This document shows positions 27,531-35,632 of a stretch of 38,048 nt of DNA, piece after piece (positions within the stretch are counted from its first letter, which is position 1; the number at the start of each line of letters is the position of its first letter). The position numbers and the translations under genes were made by a program. Below the pieces are notes generated by a model. The model had not been told where the DNA came from. It ran no database searches and was given only the letters and a program-made list of their open reading frames with translations. Origin of the DNA: a virus (Duplodnaviria > Caudoviricetes); IMG/VR virus record IMGVR_UViG_3300020045_009047, positions 1 to 38,048 of that record; one strand, given 5' to 3'.

Positions 27531-28247
27531 ATGGATTATACAATAGTAACAGTATCTAATAGAATACCTACACAAGATTATTATTGCTTTGATGAATGGT
27601 GGAAATCAGTAGATGGGTATAACCCATTAATTATACAAAGATTTGATACTAACTATCAAGGACTAGGGGATAAACCTAAATTTGTTTATCGGGCAATAAA
27701 AAATGAAGTAATTAAAACAAAGTATATTATATTTTGTGATAGTTGGGATTTAGTATTTGCAACTACACCAGAAGAAATAATAAAAAAATATTTAGAGTTT
27801 GATGCTGATATAGTAATTTCTGCGGAAAAAAATTGTTTCCCTGATACACAGAAAAAAGAATACGATGAGTTAAATGCTACATCATCTTATAAATATCTTA
27901 ATTCAGGATTTATAGTTGGAACAACAGAAGCGTTTTTAAAAGTGCTTGAGGCAATGAAATTAAATGATGTGCCTGACGATTATTGGGATGGGGCAAAAAT
28001 GGTTCATATTAATGACCAAGAATTATATCAGCAAATATTTTTAAAGCAACCCGTAAAGATGGTATTAGATTACAATCAAATACTTTGCAATACACTACAC
28101 TCTGTTAAATTAGAAGAACTTGATTTCACAGAAGCAAGAATAAAAAATATAGAAACGGGAACTTACCCTTGCTCATTCCACATGAATGGGTCTGCTAAAA
28201 CAGATGGTTTGAGAAATCCTATTTTATCTCACTTAAAATTGTTATAA
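27531..28247 (+). CDS. PLOD/LH3-type GT-A glycosyltransferase domain (stand-alone)
   Basis: IIFCDSWDLV, IVISAEKNCFP, YKYLNSGFIVG, DQELY, LDY...L and FHMNG match the procollagen glycosyltransferase domain signature. Confidence 0.88.
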   Translation: MDYTIVTVSNRIPTQDYYCFDEWWKSVDGYNPLIIQRFDTNYQGLGDKPKFVYRAIKNEVIKTKYIIFCDSWDLVFATTPEEIIKKYLEFDADIVISAEKNCFPDTQKKEYDELNATSSYKYLNSGFIVGTTEAFLKVLEAMKLNDVPDDYWDGAKMVHINDQELYQQIFLKQPVKMVLDYNQILCNTLHSVKLEELDFTEARIKNIETGTYPCSFHMNGSAKTDGLRNPILSHLKLL

Positions 28248-28936
28248 TGCCTAAATACGGATTAATATCTGAAACAGATGCTAAAAAAATAGAAAGTACG
28301 ATTGATTTAATTTGCAATATTTATTTTATTGGGCAAGAAATTAATGTTACAGAGATTGGACTATATAGTGGATTGACAAGCAATGGTATTTACGAATATG
28401 TAACATCAAAAAAGTATGGGATTTTAAGTGCTGACAAATCGGCTTTAGCTACTACGAATAACGTCAAGTGTAATTATATTGGGATTGATAATAATAAAGA
28501 CGGAGAACTTTTAATGCACTTCCCTAAAGAAGGTAAGTTAATAATAGGAAATTCAACAGAGGTTTATAATCAAATACCAGATAATTCACAGCATTTAATA
28601 TTTATTGATGGATGCCATACATTTCCTGCTGTAATTGCTGATTTTTTCTGCTATGCACCTAAAGTAAAAAATGGTGGTTATATAGCTTTCCATGATACAG
28701 GTAAACATATAGTACCTATACATGGATGGCAAGGAGTAGGAGATAAAGAAGATACTGATATGTGCTTAGGTGGTGTAAGAAAAGCGTTAAATTCTATAGG
28801 GTTATTAAAGGATAGGTTTAGCCCAAGTGCATATTTGCACGAAACTATATCAAGATATAATTGGGAGTTAATATTTGACGAAGCAGATATAAATGATGAG
28901 GCAGGCGGAATTTGTGTATTTAAAAAACTATTTTAA
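28247..28936 (+). CDS. SAM-dependent methyltransferase (Methyltransf_24-like)
   Basis: TEIGLYSGLTS, IIGNS, LIFIDGCHTF and KVKNGGYIAFHDT. Confidence 0.9.
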   Translation: MPKYGLISETDAKKIESTIDLICNIYFIGQEINVTEIGLYSGLTSNGIYEYVTSKKYGILSADKSALATTNNVKCNYIGIDNNKDGELLMHFPKEGKLIIGNSTEVYNQIPDNSQHLIFIDGCHTFPAVIADFFCYAPKVKNGGYIAFHDTGKHIVPIHGWQGVGDKEDTDMCLGGVRKALNSIGLLKDRFSPSAYLHETISRYNWELIFDEADINDEAGGICVFKKLF

Positions 28937-28939
28937 TAT

Positions 28940-29728
28940 ATGCCATATTTATCGGTAGTTATTAATTGCGATACCCGTCCACAAAATAATAGATTTGGAG
29001 GGGAGAATTTAAAAGGGTGTGTTTCTGATGACTTCCTTACTGATGGAATTTATAACAAAGTAAAGTTCTTTGATGGGTTTGATGATAAGGAAATAATAGT
29101 TTATATAGACCAACATGAACAGGTAAAAGAAGAAACATTAAGGTATATAAGAACTTTAGCTGATACGGTAATCATAAGGAATCATACAGATGAGTTAAAC
29201 TTTAACGATTGGAATTACATCAGAAGTTTACAGATAGCATCGGGGGATATAGTATGTAAGATAGACCAAGATACAGCCTGCTTTACTAATTCAAAAGATG
29301 CAGTACAAGGCATGATTGATAAGTTAGAAGAATATTCTTTTGTAAGTTATCCATCCTTTTGGTCGCCTAAGCCTGTAGTTGATGATAGCTTTGGGAAAAG
29401 AACATGGGCATCTACTCGTTTCTTTATGTGTAAAAAAGAAGCATTAAAGTTTGAGGAACTTAAAAACTGTATAATAGAACCCGAATGGGGGTATGAAAAA
29501 TATGGGGATAGCCCAAGAAGATGTAATTGGCTTGAACATTTCCTTACACTTACAAATAATGATTCATGCTATTACCCGCCAACAGACCTTCATAACATAG
29601 CGGTATTCTCTTGGGGTAGCTATGAAACATACACTTTAAGAAGACTTAATGAAATGCCATACGAACAAGTAAAAGAGTTTATTTATAGTCATGGTGGGAT
29701 AGTTTACCCCAATGACATTTACCTTTAA
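28940..29728 (+). CDS. Putative GT-A (GT2-like) glycosyltransferase
   Basis: YLSVVIN, EIIVYID and LQIASGDIVCKIDQD (DxD motif). Confidence 0.72.
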   Translation: MPYLSVVINCDTRPQNNRFGGENLKGCVSDDFLTDGIYNKVKFFDGFDDKEIIVYIDQHEQVKEETLRYIRTLADTVIIRNHTDELNFNDWNYIRSLQIASGDIVCKIDQDTACFTNSKDAVQGMIDKLEEYSFVSYPSFWSPKPVVDDSFGKRTWASTRFFMCKKEALKFEELKNCIIEPEWGYEKYGDSPRRCNWLEHFLTLTNNDSCYYPPTDLHNIAVFSWGSYETYTLRRLNEMPYEQVKEFIYSHGGIVYPNDIYL

Positions 29729-29738
29729 ATTTTATATA

Positions 29739-30365
29739 ATGATTTTACCAACAAAAGAATTTTGGGAACTTTTCAAAAAAACAGTAGGGGCTTTTTCTAC
29801 CCCCGAAGCCATTGCATTATACAATATAGTTTCAACCTGTAAGCAAGGAAGGTTTATTGAATTAGGAAGTCACAAAGGGAAAAGTTCTATGGTTATCGCC
29901 GCAGCAATGCACCAAAAAGGAACTCTAGTGTTGGTAGAACCTGAATTTAAAGATAAAGAATGGGCGCAAGATGTTATAGGTAAAGTGCAGCCTCTTACAA
30001 ATAAAATAGTACAGGCGTTTGGCTCATATTCTTTAGACATTTTACCTCTTTATAGCGAATTAATTTTTTGTTTTGTTGATTCAGGTGTTCACGATGATTT
30101 AGTTATGGAAGAAGTAAAACTATTGGAAGATAAAATTGTTCCACATGGAATAATAGCATTTCATGACTATCTTAACCAGTTTACTGCCGTAGAAAGAGCC
30201 TACAATTATCTACTTTCAACAGGCAAATATGAAAAAATAGAAATTAATTGGGGTGAAATATTTGACTATGTAAGAGATAATAATCTTGAAGAAGGGAATA
30301 ACTCTTGGCATGAAAAAGGGTCTATGGAATTTCCTTGTTTTATTGGCGCACTAAAACGTAAATAA
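29739..30365 (+). CDS. SAM-dependent methyltransferase (Methyltransf_24-like)
   Basis: FIELGSHKGKSS, FCFVDSGVH and IVPHGIIAFHDY; start taken at the internal MILP. Confidence 0.9.
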   Translation: MILPTKEFWELFKKTVGAFSTPEAIALYNIVSTCKQGRFIELGSHKGKSSMVIAAAMHQKGTLVLVEPEFKDKEWAQDVIGKVQPLTNKIVQAFGSYSLDILPLYSELIFCFVDSGVHDDLVMEEVKLLEDKIVPHGIIAFHDYLNQFTAVERAYNYLLSTGKYEKIEINWGEIFDYVRDNNLEEGNNSWHEKGSMEFPCFIGALKRK

Positions 30366-30367
30366 TT

Positions 30368-30514
30368 ATGCAAGAAAATTTAAATTTAGATTATCACATT
30401 AAAAGGCTAATAATAATAGCATTGGCTAAATACAAAACCGAAACTGAACAATCAAGAGCATTGGGAGTAAGTAAAAGAACTTTATACAATTACAGAAAAA
30501 GATATAGTCTATGA
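30368..30514 (+). CDS. Fis-like HTH mini-protein (48 aa, not in the ORF track)
   Basis: MQENLNLDYHIKRLIIIALAKYKTETEQSRALGVSKRTLYNYRKRYSL*. Confidence 0.8.
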   Translation: MQENLNLDYHIKRLIIIALAKYKTETEQSRALGVSKRTLYNYRKRYSL

Positions 30515-30648
30515 ATGGTAAACAATCAAAGAAACTAAGATTAATGGCAAAAATTTTCTTTTCTAACCAACCGCCTAACGAGCCTCAAAAGTCGTTAGAT
30601 AAAATTTACAGCCAATTAAAGCAACTTCATAAAATAAAAAAACCATGA
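30511..30648 (+). CDS. Small basic protein (45 aa, not in the ORF track)
   Basis: MNGKQSKKLRLMAK...; ATGA coupling on both sides. Confidence 0.65.
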   Translation: MNGKQSKKLRLMAKIFFSNQPPNEPQKSLDKIYSQLKQLHKIKKP

Positions 30649-31481
30649 GTACTAAAAAATCATTACCTACATCAGTTAAGCACATGGCTAATATGGGCGA
30701 CCAAATAGCGGTAATGCCTGCGCTTAAAAAATATTATGAAGTAACAGGTAGAAAGATTAAATTTTTACAACTTGTAAATACTCCTGCCGCATATTACCCC
30801 GGCGCAACACACCCTACAACAAATAATGGAGAAATGGTAACATTGAATCAGGCAATGTTTGATATGATGAAGCCATTAGTAGAAAGCCAAGAGTATATTG
30901 ATAGTTACGAGGTTTATCAAGGACAAAAAGTTGATTTGGATTTTGATGTAATAAGGCAGAAGACATTTGTTAATTTACCTCATGGGGCAATACAAGCATG
31001 GATTCCTTACGCTTTCCCTGATTTATCTTTTGATTTAAGTAAAGAATGGATTACACTAGATGATAATACTCCTGAATATATATCTGAACAGGTTAAAGAT
31101 AAAATAGTACTGAATTTCACAGATAGGTATAGAAATCATTTAACTGACTATTTTTTCCTTAAAAACTATATGCCTGATTTGATATTTGCAGGGACAGAAA
31201 CGGAACATTGGAACTTTTGCAACAAGTGGCAATTAACAATTCCAAGACTAGAAATAAATAATTTCTTAGATTTGGCTTATGCTTTAAAGGCTTCAAGGTT
31301 TTTGCTTTCTAATCAATCAATGAATTGGAATTTGGCAGAGGCTTTGAAAACACCAAGAATATTAGAGGTTTGTCAATATGCGCAAAATTGTCAACCAATG
31401 GTAGGAGAGAATAGCTATGGGTTTTTCCATCAGGTAGGGGTAGAATATTATTTCAGGAAACTGTATAATGAAACCAAATAA
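30645..31481 (+). CDS. GT9-like (ADP-heptose:LPS heptosyltransferase fold) glycosyltransferase
   Basis: N-terminal H...MGD.IA.MPALK and C-terminal LDLAYALKASRFLLSNQS..WNLAEALKTP (cf. the GT9 pattern L.A.I..A..FI.NDSG..HLA.A...P). Confidence 0.78.
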   Translation: MSTKKSLPTSVKHMANMGDQIAVMPALKKYYEVTGRKIKFLQLVNTPAAYYPGATHPTTNNGEMVTLNQAMFDMMKPLVESQEYIDSYEVYQGQKVDLDFDVIRQKTFVNLPHGAIQAWIPYAFPDLSFDLSKEWITLDDNTPEYISEQVKDKIVLNFTDRYRNHLTDYFFLKNYMPDLIFAGTETEHWNFCNKWQLTIPRLEINNFLDLAYALKASRFLLSNQSMNWNLAEALKTPRILEVCQYAQNCQPMVGENSYGFFHQVGVEYYFRKLYNETK

Positions 31482-31505
31482 AAAACCCCGAATAGTTTCG
31501 GGGCT
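31480..31505 (-). terminator. Terminator hairpin between convergent genes
   Basis: CCCCGAA-TAGT-TTCGGGG preceded by an A run on the plus strand. Confidence 0.75.
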
Positions 31506-31527
31506 AATAACCTGTCCATGTGGAAGA

Positions 31528-31821
31528 TTAACCTGCTGCTGTAGCCAATGTCGCAACTGAACTGTCAGATACATATTTTGCACCGTATTTATTCAGCCCT
31601 GTTGCAGGCAATACGATTACAGAATACACGTAAGCTCCGCCTACGGTTGTACCATTTGGTAAAGTGTAGAACACAGTACCGTCAGTTGGTAAACTTGCGA
31701 TTGTTGCCGCAGGCCAAGGTTTAACTCTTGAAAAAGCCGATTGCCCTGACCCGTTTTCAAATGGTGGGTTTCCTTCAACCTCACCATAAATTCTTGCAGA
31801 AAAATGTGCTGCTGCTGCCAT
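31528..31821 (-). CDS. Small Ala/Gly/Thr/Ser-rich protein, virion-protein-like
   Basis: Lone minus-strand gene with an A-rich leader (AAAAACAAACAACT-ATG) and its own terminator; composition is unlike the Lys/Glu-rich neighbours. Confidence 0.8.
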   Translation of the reverse strand: MAAAAHFSARIYGEVEGNPPFENGSGQSAFSRVKPWPAATIASLPTDGTVFYTLPNGTTVGGAYVYSVIVLPATGLNKYGAKYVSDSSVATLATAAG

Positions 31822-31926
31822 AGTTGTTTGTTTTTAAATTGTACGAAAAAAAGTATATGAGATATAAAGGTAGTAAATTTTTTAATTTGGGTATTATTTT
31901 TTAATTTGTGAATAAATTCCTATATA

Positions 31927-32757
31927 ATGAGTAAGTTCTTTTTAGTCAATCCCAATATAGAATCTTTAGATAAAGCCGAAATAATGGCTATTGAATCAAG
32001 TAAGCAGCAACACGCTAAAGACGATTATGAAAAAAGAAGGGAATTATCAAGGGCTGCTATGGCAGATAAAGATGACAGACTTAAATGCGTTTCGGGCAGA
32101 GTAGTAATAAAAGCAGATAAAGAATCAAAGAACGAACATAATCTTAATGGAGTAGTAATAAGAAGGGAAAGGCAATTTAATGAGTTTAATAAAAGAATAT
32201 CAGAGCCAGTAAATGCTATTGTGGTTTCTGCTGAAAATATTCCTATAAATTCAGAAATTCTAATATCTCATAATGCGCTACATGATTCTAATTTAATATT
32301 TGACTATACTCCAAGTTCAGGAATACAATCAAATGATGTTAGATTTTATTCAATACCAGAGGGGGAATGTTTCGCATGGAGAAATGAGCAAGGAAAATTA
32401 CAACCTATGAAAAACTTTTGTTTTGCATTAAGGATATTTGAGCCTTATAAAGGTAGTTTATCGGGTATAGAGCCGACACTAATAAAAGAAGTTCTATTTA
32501 TTACAACGGGGGAGTTTGCAGGTAATATAGTACATACGCTAAAGGCTTCTGATTATGAAATTATATATCAGGGGCAAGATTTAAAAGAAGAAAGACTGAT
32601 TAGGTGCAGACATTTTGAGAAAGAGATGAATGAACGTGAAGAAATTATAGCGGTATCTCACGCACTTACTAAAAGATTAAAAAAACAAGAATTATTAATT
32701 GGGTTAGATAAAACTAATTGTAAAAAATTAAATGAATACCAATGGCAACAAAATTAA
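31927..32757 (+). CDS. GroES/Cpn10-like co-chaperonin-fold protein
   Basis: LKCVSGRVVIK......G.VI.......A.VVS......EILISHN, plus a second repeat starting LQPMKNFCF. The position just upstream of terminase fits Bacteroidota phages. Confidence 0.6.
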   Translation: MSKFFLVNPNIESLDKAEIMAIESSKQQHAKDDYEKRRELSRAAMADKDDRLKCVSGRVVIKADKESKNEHNLNGVVIRRERQFNEFNKRISEPVNAIVVSAENIPINSEILISHNALHDSNLIFDYTPSSGIQSNDVRFYSIPEGECFAWRNEQGKLQPMKNFCFALRIFEPYKGSLSGIEPTLIKEVLFITTGEFAGNIVHTLKASDYEIIYQGQDLKEERLIRCRHFEKEMNEREEIIAVSHALTKRLKKQELLIGLDKTNCKKLNEYQWQQN

Positions 32758-33167
32758 GAATTACTGTACCCTCAACTCCAAGAACATTAACGCCTGATGA
32801 ACTTACTGCGTTTGGTAATTGGATTCCTAATGGGGATAATAAAATGTACGCATCTGACTTAGGCAAAAGAGGGTTATTAAATACAACTCAAATGTTTGTA
32901 GATAATCCTAATGTTGCAAGCAAAGCAAGCGTATCTAATAGTCAGTCTGATTGGAAGCCCGCAGCCATACAGGAAATATTAATAAGGGCAAGAAAAGCAG
33001 GCATTAAAGACCCAACAACTTTTTTAGCTAATAAAGAATACCTTTCTAATTTAAGTAATCCTGCGTATAAGGATGCTCTTAAAAATCCCGAATTTCAAAA
33101 AATCCACCCAAATTGGTGGCAAATTGTTTCTGACCTTTACAAAGAAAGATTAGCAACTCAAAAATAA
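32742..33167 (+). CDS. Hypothetical phage protein
   Basis: ORF in the packaging operon. Confidence 0.75.
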   Translation: MATKLRITVPSTPRTLTPDELTAFGNWIPNGDNKMYASDLGKRGLLNTTQMFVDNPNVASKASVSNSQSDWKPAAIQEILIRARKAGIKDPTTFLANKEYLSNLSNPAYKDALKNPEFQKIHPNWWQIVSDLYKERLATQK

Positions 33168-33171
33168 ATTT

Positions 33172-33510
33172 ATGGCTGAAACGATAGAGGACTTAAAAAA
33201 AGAAAACGAAAGATTAAAAGAAGAAAACTTGCTTTATAAGCAAAATGGAGCAGTAGCTTTGTATTATGAGTTAAATAGATTAGTGAATGATACGATTGCG
33301 CATACTAGAGGGCAGTCTATAAAAGGGTTGTTATCTGAAACAGAAAAGGGGGACAAAACCTTTGAAAGGACGATGGCATTAATAAAAAATGCTAAAGAAC
33401 ACGTTTTAGATATGGAGGATATAAAGGTAAAGTTAAACCTAACTGGCAACGAACAAAAAGATAAACAACAAGTACCATTCATAGAGCAAGTAGCTACTAA
33501 AAGAGATTAA
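33172..33510 (+). CDS. Probable terminase small subunit
   Basis: 112-aa helical ORF, TAATG-coupled to TerL; the assignment rests on position only. Confidence 0.5.
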   Translation: MAETIEDLKKENERLKEENLLYKQNGAVALYYELNRLVNDTIAHTRGQSIKGLLSETEKGDKTFERTMALIKNAKEHVLDMEDIKVKLNLTGNEQKDKQQVPFIEQVATKRD

Positions 33511-35558
33511 TGGCATTATCCGTAGATATATATGGTACGTTAGTCAACGTACCCGAAAATGAAGACTATGTAGAAGATTGGGGATTCCCCGATAGTCCAT
33601 CAATGCAATATTGGAGAAGAAAAGAATTACCCGATTTTTTTGATGGAGTAAAAAAGGATGAAGATGGGAACGCTTTGTTAAATACAGAACAATCTGCTTA
33701 TGCAAAAGAAGAAGTAAGAAGATGTAGAGATGGGTTTATTTTTTTAAATAATGGCGTTAAAACTTATATAACAGGCAAGAATTATTTTTATCTACAATGG
33801 TGGAAATTAGAAGATGATATTTACCCTGATTATAGAGATGCAGATAGAAGATATTATTTATTTTTAGATTATTGGGAAAAAATACTATGGTGCTTAGGTG
33901 TTGTTAGGGGTAAAAAACGTAGGGAAGGGGCAAGTTCACAGGCTACCGCAAATTTAATATACGAATGTATTTTCTTTACAAATAGCAACTGCGGATTAGT
34001 TTCTAAAACAAACATAGATAGTAGAGATACATTTACAGATATGGCAGCGTTTGGGTATCAGCAGTTGCCTATTTTTCTAAAGCCTAGACAATTAAATAGG
34101 GAGGGAAGTGTTACAGAGTTAGTTTTTGCGGCTAAAATAGATAAAAAAAATACTGCATCTAAAGGTCTTAGGTCTAAAATAAATTATCGTGCGCCAGTAT
34201 TAAATGCGTATGATAGGGGTAGAATGTCAAGAATCCTTCTTGATGAGTTTGGGAAACTCCCACAAGATGTTCCCGCCTCAAAATTCTTTACAATTATAAG
34301 TAAAACTTTAGTTAAGGGTGCTAAAAGGGTAGGTTTTGTAGAAATGCCATCCACCGTAAATGAACTTACTAAAGGGGGTGGTGCTGAATTTAAAGTTATT
34401 TGGGATAATGCAAATCAGTTTAAAACTAATGGCAAGAAAACCTATAATAGATTAGTTACATACTTTACTCCTGCATACGATAACTACGAAGGTTTTATTG
34501 ATAAATATGGTATGTCTGTTATAGATGAACCAACTCCCGAACAATATGAATATTTATTAAAAAAGTGGGTGGTTAAAGACCCTATAACAGGAGATACTGT
34601 AAGTGAAATTTCAGAGGATGATATAAGAAAAGGAGCAAGGGCTTATGTATTAAGCAGACGTGTTGGGCTTACTGGCGATTTGCTTGAAGAAGAAATCCGT
34701 ATGAATCCTTGTTCAGTTCAGGAAATGTTTGAAGCGGCAAATACAGGATGTGCTTTTAATTCATATAATATTAATCAAAGAAAAAGAGAGTTACAAGAAA
34801 ACCCTGTATTTAAACGCAAAATACTATTTTTTAGAAATATAGATACACAGTTAGTTGATTTTAGGGATATAAATGATGGAGATAAAAACTTTCATTGGGA
34901 GTTTACTTGGATTCCAAGTATTTCAGAAAGAAATAAGAAAGTATTAAATGGGTTAATACAAATGCCTGCAAATATAGATGATGGAGCAATAGCAGTAGAT
35001 AGTTATTCTAATAGTCAAGGGGGTAGAAAATATGGGTCTAAAGCATGTGCATTAGTTGGTAGAAGGTCTGATTTGCTTGACCCTGAAAATACTGGCAAGC
35101 CAATAGGGATGCTTTATGGTCGCCCTGCTGAAAAGGATATGTTGCATAATCAGGTATTATTATGTGCAGAGTTTATGGGGTATTTAGTTTGGTATGAACA
35201 TACTGCTGATGATTATGATGGATATTTTAAAGATAGAGGGAGAACTGCATATCTTGGTAAATACCCTAAAAGTTTAATAGACCCAACAAAAAGGGAAAAT
35301 GCAGATAGGCATAGAGGGACACCAATAACTCCATTCTCTTTAACTAAGCAACTTGATAATGGTATATCTTATTTTGAGCATCATTGTGATAGAATTGATT
35401 GGATTGAAATACTTGATAATGCTTTACTATTTGACCCATACGATAGAACAAAGTTTGATATATTGGTAACATTCCTTATACTTATATCTTGTTTAATGGA
35501 AAGAGCCGTTAAGCCACCACCAAAGAAAAATCCATTAGTTACTGTTTATCAAAATTAA
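33510..35558 (+). CDS. terL: Terminase large subunit
   Basis: YITGKNYFYLQW, Walker A-like GKKRREGAS, Walker B ILLDEFGK, coupling motif PST, and nuclease AVDSYS ... RTKFD. Confidence 0.93.
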   Translation: MALSVDIYGTLVNVPENEDYVEDWGFPDSPSMQYWRRKELPDFFDGVKKDEDGNALLNTEQSAYAKEEVRRCRDGFIFLNNGVKTYITGKNYFYLQWWKLEDDIYPDYRDADRRYYLFLDYWEKILWCLGVVRGKKRREGASSQATANLIYECIFFTNSNCGLVSKTNIDSRDTFTDMAAFGYQQLPIFLKPRQLNREGSVTELVFAAKIDKKNTASKGLRSKINYRAPVLNAYDRGRMSRILLDEFGKLPQDVPASKFFTIISKTLVKGAKRVGFVEMPSTVNELTKGGGAEFKVIWDNANQFKTNGKKTYNRLVTYFTPAYDNYEGFIDKYGMSVIDEPTPEQYEYLLKKWVVKDPITGDTVSEISEDDIRKGARAYVLSRRVGLTGDLLEEEIRMNPCSVQEMFEAANTGCAFNSYNINQRKRELQENPVFKRKILFFRNIDTQLVDFRDINDGDKNFHWEFTWIPSISERNKKVLNGLIQMPANIDDGAIAVDSYSNSQGGRKYGSKACALVGRRSDLLDPENTGKPIGMLYGRPAEKDMLHNQVLLCAEFMGYLVWYEHTADDYDGYFKDRGRTAYLGKYPKSLIDPTKRENADRHRGTPITPFSLTKQLDNGISYFEHHCDRIDWIEILDNALLFDPYDRTKFDILVTFLILISCLMERAVKPPPKKNPLVTVYQN

Positions 35559-35566
35559 AAAAAAGA

Positions 35567-35595
35567 TTTGGTTATTAAAATATTTGCTATATTTG
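35567..35595 (+). promoter_or_regulatory. Possible Bacteroidota-type promoter upstream of portal
   Basis: TTTG-N17-TATATTTG; the spacer is shorter than consensus. Confidence 0.4.
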
Positions 35596-35632
35596 TTTGT
35601 CAATTAGTCCGTTTTTAATCCGACCCCAACTT

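Noticed and set aside
25857-30365. Methyltransferases as DNA (restriction-modification) methylases
   Set aside because: There is no DPPY/NPPY or PCQ catalytic motif; the motifs match small-molecule/sugar methyltransferases.
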